NCBI GenBank assembly: GCA_040395055.1
Contig: JBEBRC010000001.1
Span: 4,542 to 68,541 of the forward strand
Direction of reading: 5' to 3'
DNA from: Steroidobacter denitrificans
GTDB taxonomy: Bacteria; Pseudomonadota; Gammaproteobacteria; Steroidobacterales; Steroidobacteraceae
Length of the DNA: 64,000 bases
Shown: piece by piece, positions 46,811 to 56,367 of the stretch
Numbering within the stretch: position 1 is the first letter of the stretch
Layout of the letters: every line of letters begins with the position of its first letter
Translations under genes and position numbers: made by a program
Notes under the pieces: model-generated
Databases searched by the model: none
Seen by the model: the letters and a program-made list of their open reading frames with translations, nothing else
What the model was told of the DNA's origin: nothing

Positions 46811-48724
46811 ATGCCGCCACTCCCCAGGCCCCTCGCGCGTCATCACTTCCTGGGCGCCTTGTCCTGGCAGGGTGAGAGCCATTTTCGCGTATGGGCGCCG
46901 CAGGCGAAACACGTCTCAGTCGTCTTCGAGGCTTGCGATCGAACTCCCTTGCCCCTGAGCCTGGGCCCGGATGGCTATTACACGGGCGCAGTCAGGAATC
47001 CGGGCACGGCAGGTAGCGGTTCGCAGCGGTACCGATACCAGGTCGACGGCCGAGGCCCCTGGCCGGACCCCTGTTCACGCTTCCAGCCGCAGGGTGTCCA
47101 TGGCCCATCGATGATCGTCGACGCCGACGCTTTTCCCTGGAGCGATGCGAACTGGCGTGGAGCGCGTCTGCACGGGCAGGTGATCTACGAATTGCACATC
47201 GGCGCTTTCACCCCGCAAGGGACCTTCGACGCCGCGGCCGAAAAACTCACTTACCTGCGTGACCTGGGCATCTCCATGATCGAGATCATGCCCGTGGCGG
47301 AATGCCCTGGCCGCTGGAACTGGGGCTACGATGGGGTGCAACTGTATGCGCCGTATCATGTGCTTGGCGATCATGAAGCGTTCAAGCGATTGGTCGATCG
47401 CGCCCATTCGTGCGGGCTGGCCGTCATTCTCGATGTCGTCTACAACCACCTGGGGCCCGACGGGAATTATCTCGGCCGCATCAGCCCGCATTATTTCAGT
47501 ACGCGCCACCAGACCGAATGGGGCACTGCTTTGAACTTCGATGGCGAGCACGCACTCGGCGCGCGGGATTTCGTTCTCAACAACGCACGCTACTGGATAC
47601 GGGAATTCCACCTGGATGGCCTGCGGCTGGATGCCACCCAATCCATTTTCGACACCAGCACACCGCATATCGTCGCCGAAATCGTCGCAGCGGCCCGCGA
47701 GGCGGGGCAGCCGCGCGATGTCATCATCATCGCCGAGAACGAGAAACAGCTCGGCTGGGAGTTGCTGCCGCCGCAACGAGGCGGCCACGGTCTCGATGCC
47801 ATGTGGAATGACGATTTCCACCATGCTGCCAGGGTGGCGCTGACCGGCGCACGCGATGGCTACTTCGAGGACTACACCGGTCACGCCCAGGAGTTCGTCT
47901 CCTGCATTCAGCATGGCTTCCTGTACCAAGGCCAATGGTGTCCGTGGCAACAGCGCCCCAGAGGCGCCCCGTTGCGCGGCAGCCCTGCCTCATCCTGCGT
48001 CGTTTATCTGCAAAACCACGACCAGGTGGGCAATACCTTCACCGGCGAACGACTGCATTCGCTGTCGGCGCCAGCGAGCTACCGCGCCTTGAGCGCCCTC
48101 ATGCTGCTCGCGCCGCAAACGCCGCTGATCTTCATGGGACAGGAATTCTCCGCATCCGCTCGCTTCATGTTCTTTGCCGACCACAACCCCGAACTGGCCT
48201 CTCAAGTGCATGCCGGCCGCAGGGAGTTCCTGCAACGATTCCGCGCCTACTCCAGCGACGCATCGCAAGCCTTGATTCCGGATCCGGCCGCGCCGGATAC
48301 CTTTCTGGGTTCGAAGCTCGATTGGAGCGAAGCCCGAAGCCATGAAGCAGTACTGCGCATGCATCGCGACCTGTTGCGATTGCGGGCCGTCGACCCGGTC
48401 ATCTCGCGCCAGGATGGCCGTCGGATCGAAGGCGCCATCTTGACGCGGGACGCATTCGTCCTGCGCTGGGTCGATGACCGCCATGGCGATCGATTGCTGC
48501 TGGTGAATCTGGGATCCACGCAAGCCTTGACCCCTCCTGCCCAACCCTTGCTCGCCCCGCCGCCCGCCGCGGGGTGGACAGTGCTGTGGGCGAGCGAAGA
48601 ACCGTCCTACGGCGGACATGGGGTCATCAGCCCCGCGACTGCTCACGGACGAGGTGAGTGGCGAATCGCCGGACCGGCGGCTGTGTTGCTGGCAGCCGAT
48701 GCGATGGGTGGCACGCAGCCCTGA
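46811..48724 (+). CDS. treZ: Malto-oligosyltrehalose trehalohydrolase
   Basis: FRVWAPQAKHVSVVFE, WGYDGVQLYAPY, VILDVVYNHLGPDGNY, DGLRLDATQSI, AENE and YLQNHDQVGN motifs. ATG at 46811, or GTG at 46799 only 9 nt after the opgH stop. Confidence 0.9.
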   Translation: MPPLPRPLARHHFLGALSWQGESHFRVWAPQAKHVSVVFEACDRTPLPLSLGPDGYYTGAVRNPGTAGSGSQRYRYQVDGRGPWPDPCSRFQPQGVHGPSMIVDADAFPWSDANWRGARLHGQVIYELHIGAFTPQGTFDAAAEKLTYLRDLGISMIEIMPVAECPGRWNWGYDGVQLYAPYHVLGDHEAFKRLVDRAHSCGLAVILDVVYNHLGPDGNYLGRISPHYFSTRHQTEWGTALNFDGEHALGARDFVLNNARYWIREFHLDGLRLDATQSIFDTSTPHIVAEIVAAAREAGQPRDVIIIAENEKQLGWELLPPQRGGHGLDAMWNDDFHHAARVALTGARDGYFEDYTGHAQEFVSCIQHGFLYQGQWCPWQQRPRGAPLRGSPASSCVVYLQNHDQVGNTFTGERLHSLSAPASYRALSALMLLAPQTPLIFMGQEFSASARFMFFADHNPELASQVHAGRREFLQRFRAYSSDASQALIPDPAAPDTFLGSKLDWSEARSHEAVLRMHRDLLRLRAVDPVISRQDGRRIEGAILTRDAFVLRWVDDRHGDRLLLVNLGSTQALTPPAQPLLAPPPAAGWTVLWASEEPSYGGHGVISPATAHGRGEWRIAGPAAVLLAADAMGGTQP

Positions 48725-48863
48725 GCGCCGGCAAGCGGCGGGCAAATGCCGCGGCCAACCCGGCCGCTATCCAGCAACTCAGCGGCCACGGGTGGAACTC
48801 GCGATGTGGGCCGTTCATTGAATCCTCCCAGCCAGCCATTACACAACCAACCGGGAGCTAGCC

Positions 48864-49481
48864 ATGGCACGATCCACCCCCAGCCGCACCAGCGATGCAC
48901 CACGCGACGCAATCGCGATGCTCAAGCAGGACCACCGCGCAGTCGATGCCCTGTTCACTGAATTCTCGTCGGCAGACGAAGAGGAGCTGTCATCCCTGGC
49001 CGAGCGCGCTTGCCAGCTGCTGACGGTACACGCCCAGATCGAGGAAGAAATCCTTTACCCAGCAGCGAAAGAGGCGATCGAGGACGATGAGCAGCGCGAA
49101 TTGGTCAATGAGGCGCAAGTCGAGCATGCCTCGGTGAAGGAACTCATTGCCAAAATCGAGGACATGGCTCCGGACGACGAGGACTTCAGGGCAACCGTCA
49201 AGGTGCTCGGCGAATACGTCAAGCATCACGTCAAGGAAGAGGAAAGCGAGCTGTTTCCGGTGCTGAAGAAGACCGGACTGGACTTGAAAAGCATGGGTCG
49301 CGAACTGCTCGATCGAAAATTTGCGCTGATGGAAGAGATGGGTATCGAGGAGCAGGATTCGACGCCGTCACGCAAGCGCTCCAGCGGGCTGCGCCGCGGC
49401 CAGGCATCGCGGGCCCGATCGGGCCGCGCCGGTGCCCGGAAAGCCTCGACACGCGGCGGGGCGCGACCGATGAAGCACTGA
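48864..49481 (+). CDS. Hemerythrin (HHE cation-binding) domain protein with a basic C-terminal tail
   Basis: DAIAMLKQDHRAVDALF..., HAQIEEEILYPA, EHASVKELI and HHVKEEESELFP motifs. GGGAG Shine-Dalgarno upstream. Confidence 0.8.
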   Translation: MARSTPSRTSDAPRDAIAMLKQDHRAVDALFTEFSSADEEELSSLAERACQLLTVHAQIEEEILYPAAKEAIEDDEQRELVNEAQVEHASVKELIAKIEDMAPDDEDFRATVKVLGEYVKHHVKEEESELFPVLKKTGLDLKSMGRELLDRKFALMEEMGIEEQDSTPSRKRSSGLRRGQASRARSGRAGARKASTRGGARPMKH

Positions 49482-49593
49482 ACCGGCGCTCGGGCTTCAC
49501 ACGTATGTCATACGCGTTTCCTACACTGGTCCACGCGCAGGAACACCCATACCGTATTGCATCCAGTCTTGTTGTCCATACAGCGGAGATACC

Positions 49594-49872
49594 ATGCCAA
49601 CGCGTACACGAGCCAGCACTCAACGCCCACCTCGAACTTCCCAAACACCATCGCTCGCGGGTAACAACCGGCTGGAAACCCTCGATGAGTCAACACCCGA
49701 GGTGACTCAGGCGACGCTGGAGCGCCGCGAGATTCCTTCCTTTTCCGAAGACCGTGCGGCACGCATAGCCGAAGCCGCCTATTGGCGCGCCGAACGGCGG
49801 GGTTTCGCGGCGGGGCATGAACTGGACGACTGGCTCGAGGCCGAAAAGGAAATCGACCAGCCTGAACGCTGA
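49594..49872 (+). CDS. DUF2934-domain small protein
   Basis: RIAEAAYWRAERRGFAAGHELDDWLEAEKEI matches the DUF2934 core (from memory). GGAGA Shine-Dalgarno upstream. Confidence 0.7.
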   Translation: MPTRTRASTQRPPRTSQTPSLAGNNRLETLDESTPEVTQATLERREIPSFSEDRAARIAEAAYWRAERRGFAAGHELDDWLEAEKEIDQPER

Positions 49873-49997
49873 GAGGCTGTCGTGCAAGCGAGGGCTCGCA
49901 GGCCAGGCAGGGCCTGCTACAGTCCCGCCTCGGCGATGCCGAGGGAATGCACTGCAACGGGAGTGACCCGGTTCATGCCTTCCTGACGGCCCGCGCC

Positions 49998-51602
49998 TCA
50001 AGGCCGAGGTCCACCAGGGTCCGCACCGGTTCGTTTCCTGGTCTGCGTACCGGCGGACTGTCGAGCGCCGGCCTTCATTTCCCCAAGTTCAGCCGCGGCC
50101 AGCCCGCTCACCGCAGGGCCGTGCAGGACGCTGCCATAGGCGCTGAAGCGCGAGCCATGGCACGGGCAGTCCCAGCTGTGCTCCGGCGCGTTCCACTGCA
50201 CGATACAGCCCAGATGCGAGCACTTGGCGCTATGGCAGTGCAGCGTCCCCGCATCGTCGCGATAGACGGCCAACTTCTTCATTCCCGAACGAATCACCGC
50301 ACCTTCCCCTGGTGCAAGCGCGGCCGCGCTCTGCTCGTCTCCCTGCGACAACCAGTCGATATATTGCGAGACGACATTCGACTGGTCCTTGATGAAGTGC
50401 AGGACCTCCCTCAATGGCCGGCGCGCAGGATCGTACAGATCAAGCCAACGAGTCTCGCGCCCCATGATGAGATCGCAGATCATCATGGCGCCGATCGTCG
50501 CATGCGTGATGCCGGTTCCTGAGTCGCCGGTCACGACGTAGACGTTCCGGCTGCCTGGGTTGCGGCCGAGGTAGGCCATGCCGTCCAGCGACTGCATGAC
50601 CTGCCCCGACCATCGATATGCCAACGCGCCCGCCGTCGGAACATGCGTGCGCAGCCATGCCTCCAGTTCGCGGTAATGCTGCTGCGGATTCGACGCCTGT
50701 CCTGTCTTGTGGTCCGCACCGCCGACGATGAGCAAGTCGTGCGTCGTATCAGGACCTCGAGCAAGCCGGACATAGTGATAGGGATCATCATCGTCCCATA
50801 TCAGTACGTCCGGCAGCGATCCGCGATCCACCAGCGCGGCGACAATGTAGGTCTGGTATGCACTTTGCTTCACATGAACCGCGATTCGATCATTGAATGG
50901 AGTATTCGTCGCCACGACGGCCGCGGTAGCGCTGACGCTGCCATCGGCGGTCTTCACCGTGACGCCGCCTGCGCGCTCCTCGACATCGAACGCGCGCGTT
51001 GCGCAATAGATGGCGCCGCCGCGGCGTGTGATGGCGTTGGCCAGCCCGATCAGATACTTCATCGGATGGAAACGTCCCTGCCGCACGAAGCGCAGGCACG
51101 CAGAGTCGGTGATCGTGCGGATCGGCGCCCGCGCTTGCAGCAACACCTCGACTCCGGCACGGGTCGCCGACTCCAGCTCCTTTTGCAGCACAGCATGCGG
51201 ATCGTCCGAGCACGAAAACAAATACCCATCCACGCGCCGGAACTCGCACTCGATATGCTCGGCCTGCCCGATCGTTTCGATCAGATCAATTGCCGCGGAG
51301 AAGCTTTCCGCGACCAGGCGGGCGGACTCGCGTCCATGTGTTGCCTCGATGTGTGCATAGCCGACGTCGGGCACGGCAATATGAGCCGAGGATCGGCCTG
51401 TTTCTCCCGAGCCGATGTCCAACGCCTCGATGAGCGCAACGCTCATCCCTTGGCGCGCGAGCAAATAGGCGCTGGTCAATCCTGCAATGCCGGCGCCGAT
51501 GACACAGACGTCAGCCTTCACATCCGCGCCCAGCGACGGATAGACGGGGGGCTCCGCGGTCGCGCACCACACCGAATGCGAATGCAACAGATCGATTTCC
51601 AT
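49998..51602 (-). CDS. FAD-dependent oxidoreductase fused to a C-terminal Rieske [2Fe-2S] domain
   Basis: Dinucleotide fold DVCVIGAGIAGLTSAYLLARQG. C-terminal CSHLGC...CPCHGSRF Rieske motif. ATG at 51602 (MEIDLL...); the track ORF is longer. Confidence 0.85.
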   Translation of the reverse strand: MEIDLLHSHSVWCATAEPPVYPSLGADVKADVCVIGAGIAGLTSAYLLARQGMSVALIEALDIGSGETGRSSAHIAVPDVGYAHIEATHGRESARLVAESFSAAIDLIETIGQAEHIECEFRRVDGYLFSCSDDPHAVLQKELESATRAGVEVLLQARAPIRTITDSACLRFVRQGRFHPMKYLIGLANAITRRGGAIYCATRAFDVEERAGGVTVKTADGSVSATAAVVATNTPFNDRIAVHVKQSAYQTYIVAALVDRGSLPDVLIWDDDDPYHYVRLARGPDTTHDLLIVGGADHKTGQASNPQQHYRELEAWLRTHVPTAGALAYRWSGQVMQSLDGMAYLGRNPGSRNVYVVTGDSGTGITHATIGAMMICDLIMGRETRWLDLYDPARRPLREVLHFIKDQSNVVSQYIDWLSQGDEQSAAALAPGEGAVIRSGMKKLAVYRDDAGTLHCHSAKCSHLGCIVQWNAPEHSWDCPCHGSRFSAYGSVLHGPAVSGLAAAELGEMKAGARQSAGTQTRKRTGADPGGPRP

Positions 51603-51859
51603 GGCGCCCTCAGCAATGAACCAAGGTGAACGAGGCGTCTGCCTGCCGGATTGCCGCGCCTCTCTCCTTGCCTCACGCGCGGCGCCGCTGCAAACGAGCG
51701 GCCCCTGAATCGAAAACCTTGGACGGCGCCCAAGGTTCCCCAACACCCGCTCGTCACTCACTCGTCTCGGCGCGATCGCGCGCCTCCCGCCGCGCACGGC
51801 GATACGGCAGGCACCGCGAGCCCATGCGGTCAATGTCGGCATTCATCCTACGGAGCAAC

Positions 51860-51884
51860 GGAACTTTCATCGACATCGTGCGTA
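51860..51884 (+). promoter_or_regulatory. Candidate ECF-sigma-type promoter GGAAC-N16-CGTA upstream of the rsbR operon
   Basis: GGAAC at 51860-51864 and CGTA at 51881-51884, about 95 nt upstream of the ATG at 51980. Pattern match only. Confidence 0.3.
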
Positions 51885-51979
51885 GCGTGGATAGCGCGCC
51901 GGCACGTTCCCTACGCTGCGTGCGCAGCCCGACTAAAACGAATACTCCAGTGGCGTGTCCTGATCTTGAGGAGTCCGGG

Positions 51980-52843
51980 ATGAATCGACAGCCCAGCCGC
52001 CTGCCGGCCATGGTCGAGCAGCATCAACAACAGATCTTGTCGGAATGGATCCAGCATCAGCTGGAATCCGGAGCTTGGCGCAGCGGGCGTCTCCAGGAAA
52101 CGCAGATCCAGGATCAATCGCAGCAGTTTCTCGAACACTTCATCGCCGGCCTTCATCATGGGATGACGTTCGACGCCCGCAGCCTCGAATGGAGCGACAT
52201 GCGTGAATTCCTCAGTGAGTTGTCACGCAGCAGGGCCACGCTGGGCTTTAGCCCCTCGCAGGTAGCCACGTTTGTTTTCTCGCTCAAGAGGCCGCTATTT
52301 TCCCTGGCGCGCGACAACCTGAAAGATGAAGCCGAGGAACTCGGCGCGGCACTGTGGGAAATCACCGTCCTGGTCGATGACCTGGGGTTACATACGACAG
52401 AACTCTATCAGCTGGCGCGCGAAGCCGTGATCGCACGCCAGCAGGAAGAGTTGATCGAACTGTCGACACCGGTCGTCGAATTGTGGGACGGAGTACTGGC
52501 ATTGCCGCTGATCGGCACGCTCGACAGCGAGCGCACGCAGATCGTGATGGAGAATCTTTTGCAGCGCCTGGTCGAAACGGGCTCCGACATCGCCGTCATC
52601 GACATCACGGGCGTGCCGATGGTGGATACCCTGGTGGCACAGCATCTGCTCAAGACCGTGGCGGCTGCACAATTGATGGGGGCTGACTGCATCATCAGCG
52701 GCATACGCCCCCAGATCGCCCAGACGATCGTGCATCTGGGTATCGACCTGTCTGCGGTCGCGACCAAGGCCAGCCTCGCCGATGCCTTTGCCTTGGCATT
52801 GAAGCGCCGCGGACTCACCGTCACGCAAGCCGTGCAGGGCTGA
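51980..52843 (+). CDS. rsbR: Stressosome sensor RsbR-like protein (N-terminal RsbRD-type domain plus STAS)
   Basis: GAGGAG Shine-Dalgarno, then ATG at 51980. C-terminal STAS domain (VLALPLIGTLDSERTQIVMENLL...DIAVIDITGVPMVDTLVAQHL...GADCIISGIRPQIAQT). Confidence 0.85.
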   Translation: MNRQPSRLPAMVEQHQQQILSEWIQHQLESGAWRSGRLQETQIQDQSQQFLEHFIAGLHHGMTFDARSLEWSDMREFLSELSRSRATLGFSPSQVATFVFSLKRPLFSLARDNLKDEAEELGAALWEITVLVDDLGLHTTELYQLAREAVIARQQEELIELSTPVVELWDGVLALPLIGTLDSERTQIVMENLLQRLVETGSDIAVIDITGVPMVDTLVAQHLLKTVAAAQLMGADCIISGIRPQIAQTIVHLGIDLSAVATKASLADAFALALKRRGLTVTQAVQG

Positions 52844-52847
52844 TTGC

Positions 52848-53234
52848 ATGGACCGCGTACCCATTCTGAAGCTCGGCGACTGTCTGCTGGTGACCGTGCA
52901 AGTGGACATGCACGACCAACTGGCACTGGCGCTGCAGGAGGACCTCACGCAAAGGATCGTCAGCAGTCGCTCGCGCGGCGTCCTCATCGACATTTCCGGG
53001 CTGGAAATGGTCGATTCCTTCATCGGCCGCATGCTCGGCAATATCGCCGCCATGTCGCGCGTCCTGGATGCGCGGACGGTCGTGGTGGGCATGCAGCCGG
53101 CCGTCGCCATAACTCTCGTCGAGCTCGGACTTTCGCTTCCCGGAATTCGAACCGCCCTGAATGTCGACGCGGGACTCGCCCTGTTGCGCGAGACCCTCCA
53201 GGCTGGTCTCGCAGGATATGCTCAGCGACTCTAA
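52848..53234 (+). CDS. rsbS: Stressosome scaffold RsbS-like single-STAS protein
   Basis: VPILKLGDCLLVTVQVDMHD...GVLIDISGLEMVDSFIGRML...VVVGMQPAVAITLVELG. 128 aa. Confidence 0.85.
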   Translation: MDRVPILKLGDCLLVTVQVDMHDQLALALQEDLTQRIVSSRSRGVLIDISGLEMVDSFIGRMLGNIAAMSRVLDARTVVVGMQPAVAITLVELGLSLPGIRTALNVDAGLALLRETLQAGLAGYAQRL

Positions 53235-53622
53235 GTTGCTGCCGATTCGCTCTGATCAGGATGTCGTGAGAGTACGCCAGGCAGTACGCGGATGCTCGAC
53301 ACATCTTGGCTTTAGCCTGGTCGCGCAGACCAAAATCGTCACTGCCGCCAGCGAACTGGCGCGCAACACGCTTACCCACGGCGGCGGCGGCGAGGCGCGG
53401 CTGGAGTTGATCGTCGATGATGCACGGCGTGCGGGACTGCGCCTGACGTTCGAGGATCGCGGTCCGGGCATTGCCGATGTTCAACTTGCACTGCGAGACG
53501 GGTATACGACAGGTGGCGGTCTGGGTCTTGGGCTGGGGGGCGCTCGCAAGCTGTCGCACGACTTCCAGATCTGGTCGCAGCCGGGAGCGGGGACGCGCGT
53601 GACGATCACGCGCTGGAAGTAG
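53218..53622 (+). CDS. rsbT: RsbT-like serine/threonine switch kinase (GHKL ATPase)
   Basis: IRSDQDVVRVRQAVR...ELARNTLTHGGGGE...FEDRGPGI...GLGLGLGGARKL...GAGTRVTITRW. Overlaps rsbS by 17 nt. Confidence 0.85.
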   Translation: MLSDSKLLPIRSDQDVVRVRQAVRGCSTHLGFSLVAQTKIVTAASELARNTLTHGGGGEARLELIVDDARRAGLRLTFEDRGPGIADVQLALRDGYTTGGGLGLGLGGARKLSHDFQIWSQPGAGTRVTITRWK

Positions 53623-53623
53623 C

Positions 53624-54619
53624 ATGCATAGTCTACGTGTCACCGAACCCAGTGAACTCGCACAGGCGCGACGCGCCATCGCATCCATGGCATCCGACCA
53701 TGGCTTCAACGTCCAGGACACCGCCCGTGCGGCGCTGGTCGCCACCGAGATCTGCAGCAACATAATCAAACACGGCGGTGGCGGAGAGCTGCTGGCGGGA
53801 CCTTTGCATGAGGGGCAATCGAATGGATTGGGGTTGCTGGGACTGGACCAGGGTCCCGGCATGCAGGACGTGCCGCGTTGCCGGCGCGACGGATACTCCA
53901 CCGGCGGCAGCCCGGGTACGGGACTGGGCGCGATCGAACGCCTCTCGCAGCGCTTCGACATATATTCCAAGCCCCGCAAAGGCACGGCGGTGATGGCGCA
54001 TTTGTGGCCCAGCTCGCACCGCCGTCCTCACGGCACGCTGGAGGTTGGCGCCGTGGTGGTACCGAAGCCCGGCGAAGTGTTGAGCGGCGACACATGGTCC
54101 CATCTCGAATACGACGGCGGCGCGGTCCTGCTGTGCGCGGACGGACTCGGCCACGGATTGGGCGCCGCTCAGGCTGCGAACCTGGCTTGCACGACCTTCG
54201 AGACCAGCACGCGCCAGCGTCCGGCCGCACTGCTCAGTCTCATCCATCAAGCACTGCGCACCACGCGCGGCGCGGCGGTTTCCTTGATCCAGATCGATTG
54301 GTTCCTGCGCCAAGTCACGACGGCCAGCGTCGGCAATCTGTCCGCCGCACTGGTCAATGACATCGCCATCAAGCGCCTGCCCTCCGACAATGGCATCGTC
54401 GGACATATCCTGCCACGCCTGCGGGAACTTAGCTTTCCCTGCGATATCGGTACTGTCTTGATCGTGCACTCGGACGGCATCGGCACCAACTGGCAGCCCG
54501 AGCGCTATCCGGAGCTGTTGCGCCACCATCCGGCGCTGATCGCGGGGGTGCTGTACCGCGACTGCAAGCGTGGCCGCGATGACGCAATGGTGGTCGTCAT
54601 CAAGCAGGCAACGCAGTGA
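53624..54619 (+). CDS. GHKL kinase-like N-domain fused to a PP2C/SpoIIE phosphatase (RsbU/RsbX-type output)
   Basis: N-terminus EICSNIIKHGGGGE...GLGLLGLDQGPGM...GTGLGAIERL. C-terminus SGDTW...CADGLGHGLGAAQAA...VHSDGI...RDDAMVVV. Confidence 0.8.
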   Translation: MHSLRVTEPSELAQARRAIASMASDHGFNVQDTARAALVATEICSNIIKHGGGGELLAGPLHEGQSNGLGLLGLDQGPGMQDVPRCRRDGYSTGGSPGTGLGAIERLSQRFDIYSKPRKGTAVMAHLWPSSHRRPHGTLEVGAVVVPKPGEVLSGDTWSHLEYDGGAVLLCADGLGHGLGAAQAANLACTTFETSTRQRPAALLSLIHQALRTTRGAAVSLIQIDWFLRQVTTASVGNLSAALVNDIAIKRLPSDNGIVGHILPRLRELSFPCDIGTVLIVHSDGIGTNWQPERYPELLRHHPALIAGVLYRDCKRGRDDAMVVVIKQATQ

Positions 54620-56367
54620 AGCTGCGATTGCTACGCATCGAGCTCACGCACGAGCGCGACATCGTCGCGGCGCGACAGCGTGCACGACAGGTCAGCTCGC
54701 TGCTGGGTTTCGACGGACAGGACCCTGTGCGTATCGCGACCGCGGTCTCCGAACTGGCACGAAACGCGCTGCGCTATGCCGGCGGCGGCACGATAGACTT
54801 CGCTCTCGAGACGCGCTCGGGGCAGAGCTCCAGATTGCAGATCGAGATTCGCGATCACGGTCCTGGAATCGAGGATCTCGATCAGGCCATGCACAATCCG
54901 TCCGTCATCGGGGAATCCAAGCTCGGCCTGGTGACTGCGCGACGGATGATGGACAGTTTCGATATCGATTCCGTGCCCGGCCGCGGCACGACGATCTCGC
55001 TGTCGAAGATCGTGCCGCGCAGAGCTGAGCCGCTGTCCCGGAATCGGATCGATGCAGCATTGCGCGAACTCGCGGCCCACGGCACTCAAGATGCGAATGC
55101 CGAACTGCAGCAACAGAATCGGGAGCTGCTTCGTAGTCTCGACGAGCTCAGGCTGAGGCAGGAAGAACTCACGCACCTGAACGCCGAACTCGAAGACACC
55201 AATCGCGGCGTCATGGCGCTGTACGCTGAGTTGGATGAGCGCGCCACGCACCTGCGGACAGCCGATGAAGCAAAATCGCGCTTTTTGTCCAGCGTCAGCC
55301 ATGAATTGCGCACGCCAGTGAATTCGATCATGGCTCTTTCAAAAATTCTGCTGCACCGAATGGATGGCGAACTCAACAGCGAGCAGGAAAGACAGGTTCG
55401 CTATATCTTCCAGGCCGCCGAACAACTGTCGATTTTCATCGATGACCTGCTCGATCTGCGCAAGGTGGAATCGGGAAACAGCCAGCTGCGCATCGAATCC
55501 TTTAGCGTGTCCGATCTGTTCGGTGCATTGCGTGGCATGCTCAAGCCACTGGCTGTCAATGAGCACGTAGTGCTGAGTTTCGAGGACGTGACTGACCTGC
55601 CGCCCCTTCGGACCGACCAGGGCAAAGTGTCGCAGATCCTGCGTAACCTGGTTTCCAATGCGCTCAAGTTTACCGAGCGCGGCTCGGTAACCATTTCGGC
55701 GCGTCGGGCCGAGAATGGCAGCACGATCGTGTTCGCCGTGGTCGACACCGGCATCGGTATCGCAGCGGAGCATCATCGACATATATTCGAGGAGTTCACC
55801 CAGGTGGACAATTCCCTGCAGCGCACCGTAAAGGGCACTGGATTGGGACTGCCGTTGTCGCAACGTCTCGCCGCGGTGCTAGGGGGAACGATAGAGATCC
55901 GCAGTGCAGCGGGTAAAGGCTCGACGTTTTCGCTGGTGATTCCCACCGAACTCGAAGCGATCACCAATGCCCGCACGAGCGCTCCGGCGCGGGTGCTGAT
56001 CATCGACGACAGCGAAATAGAGCGATACACGCTGAAGCAGTTCCTGGCCACCAGCCGCTGCAAGGTCATCGAGGCGGCGGGCGGCTATGAGGGCCTCCGC
56101 CTCGCGCGGCAGTCGGCGCCGGACATCATTTTCCTGGACCTGATGATGCCCGACATCCACGGGTTCGAGGTCCTCAAGATGCTCAGACAGATCGAGGAGA
56201 CGCGCGACACTCCCATCGTGGTATGCACCTCGCAGCAGCTCAACGAGCCGGATCGGGAGGCGGCGGGCGCCGCCAGTGCAATCCTGATGAAGAGCGAGCT
56301 GTCCCGCGAATCTGTTCTGGACATACTCCGCCACGCCAGCGAGGGTCATCATGCCAAGCACGCCTGA
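54616..56367 (+). CDS. Hybrid sensor histidine kinase with an N-terminal RsbT/RsbW-like GHKL domain, coiled coil, HisKA, HATPase_c and receiver
   Basis: GTG start overlapping the upstream TGA (GTGA). ELARNALRYAGGGT; H-box FLSSVSHELRTP; N/G boxes (LRNLVSNALKFT, DTGIGI, GTGLGLPL); receiver RVLIIDDSE...DIIFLDLMMPD. Confidence 0.85.
   Translation: MKLRLLRIELTHERDIVAARQRARQVSSLLGFDGQDPVRIATAVSELARNALRYAGGGTIDFALETRSGQSSRLQIEIRDHGPGIEDLDQAMHNPSVIGESKLGLVTARRMMDSFDIDSVPGRGTTISLSKIVPRRAEPLSRNRIDAALRELAAHGTQDANAELQQQNRELLRSLDELRLRQEELTHLNAELEDTNRGVMALYAELDERATHLRTADEAKSRFLSSVSHELRTPVNSIMALSKILLHRMDGELNSEQERQVRYIFQAAEQLSIFIDDLLDLRKVESGNSQLRIESFSVSDLFGALRGMLKPLAVNEHVVLSFEDVTDLPPLRTDQGKVSQILRNLVSNALKFTERGSVTISARRAENGSTIVFAVVDTGIGIAAEHHRHIFEEFTQVDNSLQRTVKGTGLGLPLSQRLAAVLGGTIEIRSAAGKGSTFSLVIPTELEAITNARTSAPARVLIIDDSEIERYTLKQFLATSRCKVIEAAGGYEGLRLARQSAPDIIFLDLMMPDIHGFEVLKMLRQIEETRDTPIVVCTSQQLNEPDREAAGAASAILMKSELSRESVLDILRHASEGHHAKHA

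Noticed and set aside
48794-48815. GGAAC...CGTT upstream of the hemerythrin gene, considered as a fourth ECF-type promoter.
   Set aside because: The spacer is only 13 nt (GGAAC at 48794-48798, CGTT at 48812-48815), outside the 16-17 nt seen at the other three sites and required by ECF promoters. The GGAAC upstream of the DUF2934 gene likewise has no CGT at the proper spacing.
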